Assembly (NCBI GenBank): GCA_016875535.1
Contig: VGPF01000002.1
Coordinates: forward strand, 9,856-73,855
Direction: 5' to 3'
DNA: 64,000 nucleotides
Source: Chloroflexota bacterium
Lineage (GTDB): Bacteria > Chloroflexota > Dehalococcoidia > SHYB01
Each line of letters opens with the position of its first letter. Within the stretch, counting starts at the first letter, position 1. Of the stretch, positions 36,900 to 44,930 are shown piece after piece. The notes under the pieces were generated by a model, which saw nothing but the letters and a program-made list of their open reading frames with translations, was not told where the DNA came from and searched no databases. The position numbers were made by a program, and so were the translations under genes.

Positions 36900-37427
36900 T
36901 CACGTCTGCGCTGTGTAAGCAACCAGCCATGCCACTAACGAAGAGCTAGTAACCCCTACTACAAATCCCAAAAGAAAATCGAAGCCCTTCTCTATCTTCC
37001 ATCGAAGCCACTGTTTCTCAAAAAAGCTTGCCTTTGTCACGTCAACCTCTAGGGAAGCTTGAAGAAAATCGTCCGGGATATCTAATTCTTCCCTGGTTGG
37101 CGGATTCAAATATATCTCGTTGACCTGCGAATTCTCGAGCACACCTTGAAACGCCCATAGCTTAATGGCTTTCCCACGGTGTCTTACGACTACAGCATCA
37201 CCTCTGGCCCTTAACCCCAGTTGTTCACGTGACTTCTGAGTCAACAAGCATCTGTTGGTGACATCAAACGAGAGTGCTTTCGGAAATTTCTGCACCTTGA
37301 TCCGCATGCCTCTCCTTGCTAGGGGAACAATAGCTATTTGGAAGCATATCACCCAAAACAACAACCTTGTTATGAGGTTCCCAACGGAGTCCGACCCCTG
37401 ATGATAGTTGACACTCTTCGCTATCAT
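36900..37427 (-). CDS. hypothetical 175-aa membrane protein in a low-GC islet; very weak S26 signal-peptidase-like resemblance
   Basis: An intact 528-nt ORF in roughly 45% GC DNA, which is stop-codon-rich, so the ORF is unlikely to be chance. It has an N-terminal TM helix and a C-terminal TM helix. GDAVVVRHRGKAIKLWAFQGV weakly recalls LepB/TraF boxes. Confidence 0.35.
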   Translation of the reverse strand: MIAKSVNYHQGSDSVGNLITRLLFWVICFQIAIVPLARRGMRIKVQKFPKALSFDVTNRCLLTQKSREQLGLRARGDAVVVRHRGKAIKLWAFQGVLENSQVNEIYLNPPTREELDIPDDFLQASLEVDVTKASFFEKQWLRWKIEKGFDFLLGFVVGVTSSSLVAWLVAYTAQT

Positions 37428-37898
37428 ATAGTATACATTATCTCGTAATGCCTACACCACGAAACGTTATGCAGAAAGGCCCCGGAACGGACGGCCGCGC
37501 CGAAAGCATGCCGGCGCTCCGCCCCCGCTCCGCGATGCACCTCGTGGCACAGGCGTGGACACAAGGGAGGATCGTACGATCTGAGACCTCCGCACTCACA
37601 GGCGGGCGTGACCGGCTGACGTCAGTCGCCGAGGGCACGGTGGGGAAAGCGCGAGACCGCTATCGCGCCGCCCTCTCCCGGCTCCGCCGGGACGTTCAAC
37701 GCTCGCACCTTTGTTGGACGCGTTCATCCATGGAACAACCGTCGGGCCCTCTGCATAACACCCCTCCCCACCGCATCCCGCCCCAGGAGGAACTCGCACC
37801 TCGGTGCCGCTGAAGATGGGCGTGTCGCGAAGACTTGCCGCGCCCCTACGCAACTGAAACCGCCCTCCCCTCCCGCCCTCCGGGAACCCGGTGGCCGG

Positions 37899-37907
37899 TG
37901 CTACAAT
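37899..37907 (+). promoter_or_regulatory. extended -10 (TGCTACAAT) upstream of the hybrid histidine kinase
   Basis: TGnTACAAT lies 15 nt upstream of the ATG at 37922. Confidence 0.35.
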
Positions 37908-37921
37908 CCCACCGAGGGACC

Positions 37922-40117
37922 ATGGACTGGCACGCCTTCCGCTACACGATCCCTTTTTATATCGGCGTCGCGCTGCTCCTTATCCTGGGCGCGACGGCCT
38001 GGCGCTACCGTCCCGCGCCCACGGCAACGCTGACGGCGCTGCTGGTCTGGGGCATCGGCACGTGGTCCATCCCCTACGCCCTGGGGTTGGGCAGCACGGA
38101 CCTTGACCTGAAGACGTGGCTCTCCAAGACGGAGTATCTCTCCATCACCTTCGTCTCGCTAATCTGGTTCGCGCTCGCGGTGGCCTACAGCGGCCATGAC
38201 GAGTGGATCACCCGCAAACGCATCGCCCTCTTCAGCATCGTGCCGCTCATCACCCTCGTCCTCGTCTTCACCAACGAACTGCACCACCTTATCTGGGAGC
38301 ATATCTCCCTGGAGCCGAGCGGGCCATTCCTCCTCTGGAAGGCCGATTACGGCGCCGTCTTTTGGGTCTACGCCGCTTACGCCTACGGGCTGGCGCTGAC
38401 GGGCATCTTTCTCCTCTTGCGCTCCATGGTCGGGGCCACGAGGCTTTTCCAGATCCAGGCCGCATCGCTCATCGGCACTGCGCTGATCCCGCTCTTCGGC
38501 AACCTGCTCTACGTCTCGGGACTCACGCCGTTCCCCAGGTATCTCATCTCGCTCACGTTCCTCTTCGCAGGCATGGGGTTAGTCTGGCTCCTCTTTCGCT
38601 CCCAGTTCGTAACGCTGCTGCCCATCGCCAGGACGTGGGTGCTGGACACCATGGCCGACGGCGTGCTGGTGCTGGACGAGCGCGACCGCATCGTGGACAC
38701 GAACCCGGCGGCGCGGCGGCTGGCAGACTGGGAGTCGCGGCCGCTCATCGGGCGGCCCGTGCAAGAGGCCTTCGCGGGCCTTCTGCCTGCGCGTCCCGAA
38801 TGGGAGAGGCAGCCTGTGCAGGAAATCGTCCTCACCAAAGAGGGAAGAGCGACGGTCTTAGAGATGCGCAGCTCGCCTGTGTACGACGCGAAGAGCCAGC
38901 CCAGGGGACGCGTGGTGATCCTGCGCGATATCACGGTACGCAAAGAGGCGGAACGGGTCCTGCAGCGCGGCAGGGACGAGCTGGAACGCCTGGTGGAGGA
39001 GCGGACAGGAGAGCTGAAGGCGGCGGCGAGCGAGCTCCAGGAATCGCGGTACCGCCTGGTGAATACGCAGGAGCAGGTGCGGAAAGAGGTGGCCCAACAG
39101 CTTCACGGGCCGGTGCAAAACCGCCTGCTGGTGGTCCGGCACCAGCTGAACGACGCGCTGGAGGCATTGAAGGAGCGAAAGCCGGGAGCGACGGAGTCAG
39201 TGGAAAAGTCCCTGGCGCTTCTGGAGGAGATCGTCTCGCGGGAGCTCCGAGCGGCGATGCAGCGGCTGCACCCTTCGCTCATCAGGATCAACCTGCATGC
39301 GGCGCTGGATGAGCTGGCGAAGCGGTTCGAGCCGAAGGTGACCGTCACGGTGCGGGCGGAAGGGTCGCCGGCAACGCCGGAGCGACTCTGGCGGGACGGC
39401 CTGCCGGAGCAGCTGCGCCTGGCGATCTACCGGGTGACGGAGGAGGCGCTGACGAACGTGCTGAAGCATTCGGGGGCGGCCACGGCGGAGGTTGTCCTGG
39501 GCCAGCCGACGGCGGAGACGATCAGCGTGACGATCAGGGACGACGGCAAGGGCTTCAACGCGGTCACGATGAAGGCCGGCTACGGGAGTCAGGCGATGCA
39601 GGACTATTCGCGTGCCGAGGGCGGCTCCGTGACGTTCACGAGCAGGCCGGGCAAAGGAACAGCCGTCATCGCGACGTTCCCGACGCCCCGCCCGGCGGCG
39701 GCAAGCCCCCAGGCCGCGCAACCCGCCCAGGACCATGCGGCGAGGGAAGCGGCGAACGGCCAGAAGACGCTCCTGGTGGTGGACGACCAGCCGGATTTCT
39801 GCGCCTATGTGCTGGAGATGCTCAAGCCCTATACCGATGTGCGCATCGCCGGGGTGGGCCATGACGGCGACGAGGCCGTGCGCCTGGCGGCGAAGCACCA
39901 CCCGGACGCGGTGCTGATGGATGTGGAGATGCCGCGCAGGGACGGCATCTCTGCGACGCGGGAGATACGGGCGCTGCACCCGGAGACGAAGGTGATCCTG
40001 ATGAGCGCCCAGCACGGCGAGGCCTTTTCCCGAGACGCGCTGGCGGCGGGGGCGACGGAGTTCATCGCGAAGCGGGACATCTCCGCCGCGCGGGTGCGCA
40101 AGGCGATGGGGGAGTGA
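37922..40117 (+). CDS. hybrid sensor histidine kinase (N-terminal multi-TM sensor, PAS, HisKA_3 + HATPase, C-terminal receiver)
   Basis: About 7 TM helices, a PAS-like region, an H-box HGPVQNRL (NarX/DesK-type HisKA_3), ATPase G-boxes, and a C-terminal REC domain (LLVVDDQPD...LMDVEMP). Confidence 0.8.
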   Translation: MDWHAFRYTIPFYIGVALLLILGATAWRYRPAPTATLTALLVWGIGTWSIPYALGLGSTDLDLKTWLSKTEYLSITFVSLIWFALAVAYSGHDEWITRKRIALFSIVPLITLVLVFTNELHHLIWEHISLEPSGPFLLWKADYGAVFWVYAAYAYGLALTGIFLLLRSMVGATRLFQIQAASLIGTALIPLFGNLLYVSGLTPFPRYLISLTFLFAGMGLVWLLFRSQFVTLLPIARTWVLDTMADGVLVLDERDRIVDTNPAARRLADWESRPLIGRPVQEAFAGLLPARPEWERQPVQEIVLTKEGRATVLEMRSSPVYDAKSQPRGRVVILRDITVRKEAERVLQRGRDELERLVEERTGELKAAASELQESRYRLVNTQEQVRKEVAQQLHGPVQNRLLVVRHQLNDALEALKERKPGATESVEKSLALLEEIVSRELRAAMQRLHPSLIRINLHAALDELAKRFEPKVTVTVRAEGSPATPERLWRDGLPEQLRLAIYRVTEEALTNVLKHSGAATAEVVLGQPTAETISVTIRDDGKGFNAVTMKAGYGSQAMQDYSRAEGGSVTFTSRPGKGTAVIATFPTPRPAAASPQAAQPAQDHAAREAANGQKTLLVVDDQPDFCAYVLEMLKPYTDVRIAGVGHDGDEAVRLAAKHHPDAVLMDVEMPRRDGISATREIRALHPETKVILMSAQHGEAFSRDALAAGATEFIAKRDISAARVRKAMGE

Positions 40118-40176
40118 GGGGGCGAGCCCGATGGGGAGGGCGCGCGCCGCGTTCGTCCGATGGGATCGGGCGGCCC

Positions 40177-41490
40177 CTACGCTTCCATCATCAGCTTGGC
40201 GACGTGGCGGCCGAGCTTCACGCTGTAGTTGGTGCCCCGATCCTCCGGGTAGATCTGGGTGGTGTTCGCCAGCCAGAGGTCCTTGATGGGCGTCTTGAGC
40301 TCAGGGATGTTCCGGGAATAGTCCAGGCCGATGATGGGCTGGGCGGCATCCTCTTTGTAGTAGTAGCGCTTCTTGACCCAAGAGGGATCGAAGTCCGGAT
40401 TGATCTTTTTGAGGGCGGGGATATAGGCCTGCCACAGCTCATCGGGGGTCATCTTGTAGTAAGGGCTGTCCTTGGCGAGGTAGTTGGAGAGGTAGACCAG
40501 GTGCGTCCCGCCGTAGTGCGACCTGTCTATGAAGTTGGTGTGCTCGATGACGCCGACGAAGGGGATGGAGCGATCGGCGACGTTCATCCAATAGGCCCAG
40601 CTGAGCTGACGATCCATCTCCAGCACCATGACGACGGCCGCCTGGTAGACGACTTTCGAGAGCTTCGCCGTGTAGTCAGCAGGAAGCTCGGGAACGAGCT
40701 TGGGGAAGATGTATGAGGGGGTAGTCGAAAGGATACGGTCGAACTCTCGGACCTCTTCTCTGCCGTCCTTGTACTTCACTTGGAGACCGACGGCCCGACC
40801 ATTCGCCACGACGACCCGCTCCACGGAGGCGGGATAGACGACATCCACGCCCCGCTCTTTCAGCTTCGCCTCCAGGACATCGAAGATCTCGCCGAAGCTG
40901 CCCATGGGATAGCCGAGCTGCTCCTTGCCGAAGGTCTTTCGCGACGTTGTGCGGAGGTAGATCTTGCCCCAGAGCCAGACCATGGCGACCTGCTCCGTGC
41001 TGACGCCGAACTTGCCGCGCAGCATCGGCTCCCAGATGACTTCGAAGATGCGTTTGCCGGCGTGCCGCTTCATCCAATCGGCGGCGGTGACCGATTCGTA
41101 CTCTCGCGGCCAATATTTCTTGCGCTGGAGGCGCAGCGTGAGAAGGCCCAGCTTGATGCGGTCGGCCAGAGGAAGCGGGCTGAAGCGTAGGAGGTCGCCG
41201 GGGGTGGTGAACTTGTGGATCTTGCCGCCGTAGAAGAAGCCGACCTTGGATTCGATCCAGGCAAGCTTGGGGCCGAGGCCGAGCTCGTGGATGAGGTCCA
41301 CCATGTAGCGATCGCTGCGGAAGAGGTGGTGGTAGCCCTTCTCCAGGCGGCCGCCGCCGACATCGAAGGTGGCGGCCTGGCCGCCCAGGAAGGGGGCGCG
41401 CTCGTAGACGGCGACCCTGTGGCCGGCCTTCGAGAAATCGTAGGCGGCCGAGAGGCCCAATGCGCCGCCGCCGATGATGCCGATGTTCAT
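40177..41490 (-). CDS. FAD-dependent oxidoreductase (amine oxidase/phytoene desaturase-like)
   Basis: N-terminal GxGxxG (IGIIGGGALGLSAAY) followed by ERAPFLGGQA. This dinucleotide-binding fold is typical of the CrtI/PPOX superfamily. Confidence 0.7.
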   Translation of the reverse strand: MNIGIIGGGALGLSAAYDFSKAGHRVAVYERAPFLGGQAATFDVGGGRLEKGYHHLFRSDRYMVDLIHELGLGPKLAWIESKVGFFYGGKIHKFTTPGDLLRFSPLPLADRIKLGLLTLRLQRKKYWPREYESVTAADWMKRHAGKRIFEVIWEPMLRGKFGVSTEQVAMVWLWGKIYLRTTSRKTFGKEQLGYPMGSFGEIFDVLEAKLKERGVDVVYPASVERVVVANGRAVGLQVKYKDGREEVREFDRILSTTPSYIFPKLVPELPADYTAKLSKVVYQAAVVMVLEMDRQLSWAYWMNVADRSIPFVGVIEHTNFIDRSHYGGTHLVYLSNYLAKDSPYYKMTPDELWQAYIPALKKINPDFDPSWVKKRYYYKEDAAQPIIGLDYSRNIPELKTPIKDLWLANTTQIYPEDRGTNYSVKLGRHVAKLMMEA

Positions 41491-42533
41491 TCCTTGGCTC
41501 CGGCGGGCGTCTCTAAGAGGCTATCCGCCCGCTGGCGGGCAATCATACCTAACGACATGTGCTGCATCCACATGAAGACGAGGCCGAGGACGGTGACGGG
41601 GACGAGGAGGGCGACGTGGAGGGCGATGGTGAAGGCCGTGGCGACGCCGCTGGCAACATCGAGGCCCTCCAGGGTGAGGCGCGCGCCCCACTCAAAGGGG
41701 CCGACGCCGCCTGCGCTGGAGGGGATGCTTGTGGCAAGGTTGGAGGTTGAGGTGGTGAAGAGCATGCCGTGGAAGGAGACATCCATGTCGAAGCCGTAGG
41801 AGATGATTTCGAACATGGCGGCTTCGGCGATCCAGATGGGGAAGGTAAGGACAAGGACGGAGAGAACGCGCCTGGGGCTATGGAGGGTGCTTAAGCCTTC
41901 CACGAAGCGCATGCCTAGAGCATCTATGACGGCCTTGCCCTTTTGGGGCACGACGCGCACGAGCAGGCGAACGAGCCAGCGCCCGAACTCGGGTCGCATG
42001 GCGATGGCAAGGAAGAGAGCGAGGATGATGATGAAGGGGGCGGCGACGAAGAAGATGAGGAGGCCGACGGGGATGCCTGAGTCATCGGAGAAGTTGCGGA
42101 GGAGGTCGGGCAGAGGAAGGAAGGGCCAGACGAAGAGGGCGATGAAGAGGAGGGCGACGCCATCGAAGACGCGCTCGATGATGATGGTGGCGAGGGCGGC
42201 GGTCTTGCTGACGCCCTCCTTTTCGCCGATGTAATAGGAGCGGACCAGCTCGCCGAGGCGGACGGGCAACAGGTTATTGGCCATGTAGCCGATAACAACA
42301 ACCGGGAAGAGGCGAGGAGTCGAGATCCTCTTCATCGGCCCCAAGAGGTAGCCCCAGCGGACGGCGCGGAACCAGACTCCTACGAAGTAGACGGCAATGG
42401 CGGGGATGAACCACCAGTAGTTGGCGCTTTTAAGCGCGTCGGCGGTCTCCGATAGGTCAACCTGCCAGAAGAAGAGGGCAAGAAGGGCGGCGCTGAAGGC
42501 CAGGCCGATGAGGAAGCGGCGCGAGGTGAACAA
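41487..42533 (-). CDS. UPF0104 / lysylphosphatidylglycerol-synthase-TM-like (flippase-like) membrane protein
   Basis: About 8 TM helices with a conserved R..RW.YLL....PVV.IGY.AN.L.P.R.GE region typical of LPG_synthase_TM/UPF0104. Confidence 0.65.
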   Translation of the reverse strand: MFTSRRFLIGLAFSAALLALFFWQVDLSETADALKSANYWWFIPAIAVYFVGVWFRAVRWGYLLGPMKRISTPRLFPVVVIGYMANNLLPVRLGELVRSYYIGEKEGVSKTAALATIIIERVFDGVALLFIALFVWPFLPLPDLLRNFSDDSGIPVGLLIFFVAAPFIIILALFLAIAMRPEFGRWLVRLLVRVVPQKGKAVIDALGMRFVEGLSTLHSPRRVLSVLVLTFPIWIAEAAMFEIISYGFDMDVSFHGMLFTTSTSNLATSIPSSAGGVGPFEWGARLTLEGLDVASGVATAFTIALHVALLVPVTVLGLVFMWMQHMSLGMIARQRADSLLETPAGAKE

Positions 42534-42636
42534 CGGGGTCAGGACTCCAATCGAAGGCGCGGGGACGCCTGGGATAGGCGGCGCAAATCAGGATACGTAG
42601 TATACGGGGAGGGCAAGGTGGGACGCCAGAGTTCCG

Positions 42637-44922
42637 TTATGTCCCCAGCTTGCGGAAGTAGGCGTAGCCGCTATCAATGGCCGGGGAGCTTTTCAGGTCG
42701 CGGTACATGTAGTAGCGGAGGAAGTTGTTCCAGTCCTCGCCGGAGGTGAAGTCTCCCCTGAACTTCTTGAAGGAGTATCTCTGATAGGTCCAGGGAGCGA
42801 ACCACTGGAGGAGGTTGAAGCGCCGGCCGTCATCGTACCTGGCCCGGTCGCCGGCCTGGAACAAGACGCGCTGATTGCCACTGCTGAGAATGACGACATC
42901 GGCGGTCAGCTCACCGGTGTAGTTGGACATATCGCGGTGGGAGGCGTTTTTATAGCCGCGCAAGTACCAGCGCCAGGGGGCCAAGGCCGCGCCGGAGGTA
43001 TCGGCGTAGATGACGAGGTTCTTTCCCTTGCCCGAGGTGCGGGCAAAGGCATCAATCTGGTGCACTATCTCAAGCATCTCATCGTCGGTCTGGGAGTAGA
43101 CGAGGAGCTCTTTGGGGTCATCGTCATTGGCGAAGGCGGCGGCGGTGGCGGCGCGGAAGGTGAAGAGGGTCATGAGGGCAACGAGGGAGAGGGAGACGAC
43201 TTTCATCCCGGTCTTGAAGCCGAGGCGGTACCAAATGTAGGCCCAGAGGTTGATGAAGAGCGCCGTGAAGATCATGGGGCCAACGAACCGCCAGATGCCG
43301 ATGGAGGACTCATCCCAAGGGACGCTTTTCACAAGGGCGTAGAGGGCGAGCGCAAGGAGAGGCACGGCGACGAACAAGAGGAGCCCGCCTTTCCTCGCCG
43401 CTTCAGCCCACGGCACTTTGCCCAAGAGATCGCCGACGGCCTTGCCAGCAAGCACAGCGGCCGGAAGCGCTAGGTGCGTAGTGAGCCAGGGCATCTTCTC
43501 GCCCGCCACCATGAAGAGGATAAGGGAGATGATGAGCCAGTGGACGAGGAACCATTCGAAGGGGTCGCCCTTGCCGAGGGCGAAGAGGTTGATGGCGAGG
43601 AGGCCGACGGCGAAGGGGGCGAAGACGGCCTTGGAATCCGTGAAGGCGCCGATGCCGACGGCGATGAGGGTGGCGAGCAGGATGATGATCAGCGAGGCGA
43701 CGACGACGTTCGCGCCGCGACGGACGGTGTAGGCGGCGATGGCGGCGATGGAGACGAAGAAGACGGCGGTCTCATAGAGGCCAAGGGTCATGAAGTAGTA
43801 GTACCAGGGCTGGCTGCCGCGCTCGACGGCTTGCTGGGCGATCCAGTAGCCGAGGGACTGCCAGACGCCGGTGCCGATGCCGACCATGTTGGTGAAGAAT
43901 GTGGTATGGAGCGTGAACAGGAGGAGCCAGAAGGCGACCATGGCGATAAGGAAGACCCACTTGCGCCACCAGATGCCGATGATGAGGGAAACGATGAAGA
44001 GGATGAAGACGATGATGCCCGCCGCGGCATAGGCGCCGCTGCCGCCGGATGGGGCGCCGACCTTTCCGGCGCCCAGGGCGTTGTTGTTGTTCACCAGCTC
44101 GATGCTGCTGAGGCCGCCGGGCATCTTGTCCACAAGGGCGCCGACGGCGGCTGAGAAGAGCGGCAAGGCGAGGGCCAGGATGAGGATGAACCAGCCGCCG
44201 GAGACCCGGGCGGCATCTTCCGAATCGGTGAAGAAGGCGCGGAGCCACCAGACGGCCAGAAAGCTGACCAGGATGGCGAAGTGGATGAAGGCCGTCTCCT
44301 TGGTGGAGAAGGAGAGGGCCAGCAGGAGGGCGCCGATATAGAGGTAGCGGTTCTTCTTGGAATCCAGATAGCGCCAGAGACAGACGATGAGGCCGAAGTC
44401 CCAGACGAGGACGAAGGGGTCTTCGCGAAGGAAGCGGCTGAAATAGAGGAGGGATGGGGAGACGGCGATGAAGGCCCCGGCGCAGAGAGCGCCCCACTTG
44501 CCCATGCGGGAGCGCAGGAGAAGGGGCATGAGGACGAGCGCCGCGCCGAAGAGGGCGGGCATGACGCGGGGGGCGGCGAAGGTATCGCCGAAGAGGAAGA
44601 GGCCGGTCGCTCCCATCATGTATTGGATGGGGCCGTGGGACCAGGGGCTATGGTTATAGCCTTCGCCCCGGAAGAGCTTCCAAGCGTCGTAGGAGTGGAT
44701 GCTTTCATCGTAGTGGACGGCGCGGGCATCCAGGTTCCATAGGCGCAAGGTCAGGGCGAGGGCGAAGAGGGCGAACCAGAGGATCGCCTCCCAGGGAACC
44801 TGGTCGAGGCGGATGGAAAGGCGCAGCTCGCGCCCGGAGGCGGGAGGCGCGGCAGGCGGCGAAACCTGGGCAGAGGGGTCGCCCTGAAGCGCTTCTATCT
44901 CACTCTGTGAAAGGGAGGCCAT
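42637..44922 (-). CDS. large polytopic membrane protein, GT39/PMT_2-like (TIGR03663-like), putative glycosyltransferase
   Basis: 761 aa with more than 12 TM helices. An early periplasmic-loop HYDESIHSY (DE-containing motif as in ArnT/PMT GT-C enzymes). A C-terminal ~240-aa soluble domain. Confidence 0.6.
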   Translation of the reverse strand: MASLSQSEIEALQGDPSAQVSPPAAPPASGRELRLSIRLDQVPWEAILWFALFALALTLRLWNLDARAVHYDESIHSYDAWKLFRGEGYNHSPWSHGPIQYMMGATGLFLFGDTFAAPRVMPALFGAALVLMPLLLRSRMGKWGALCAGAFIAVSPSLLYFSRFLREDPFVLVWDFGLIVCLWRYLDSKKNRYLYIGALLLALSFSTKETAFIHFAILVSFLAVWWLRAFFTDSEDAARVSGGWFILILALALPLFSAAVGALVDKMPGGLSSIELVNNNNALGAGKVGAPSGGSGAYAAAGIIVFILFIVSLIIGIWWRKWVFLIAMVAFWLLLFTLHTTFFTNMVGIGTGVWQSLGYWIAQQAVERGSQPWYYYFMTLGLYETAVFFVSIAAIAAYTVRRGANVVVASLIIILLATLIAVGIGAFTDSKAVFAPFAVGLLAINLFALGKGDPFEWFLVHWLIISLILFMVAGEKMPWLTTHLALPAAVLAGKAVGDLLGKVPWAEAARKGGLLLFVAVPLLALALYALVKSVPWDESSIGIWRFVGPMIFTALFINLWAYIWYRLGFKTGMKVVSLSLVALMTLFTFRAATAAAFANDDDPKELLVYSQTDDEMLEIVHQIDAFARTSGKGKNLVIYADTSGAALAPWRWYLRGYKNASHRDMSNYTGELTADVVILSSGNQRVLFQAGDRARYDDGRRFNLLQWFAPWTYQRYSFKKFRGDFTSGEDWNNFLRYYMYRDLKSSPAIDSGYAYFRKLGT

Positions 44923-44930
44923 GCCTATCC

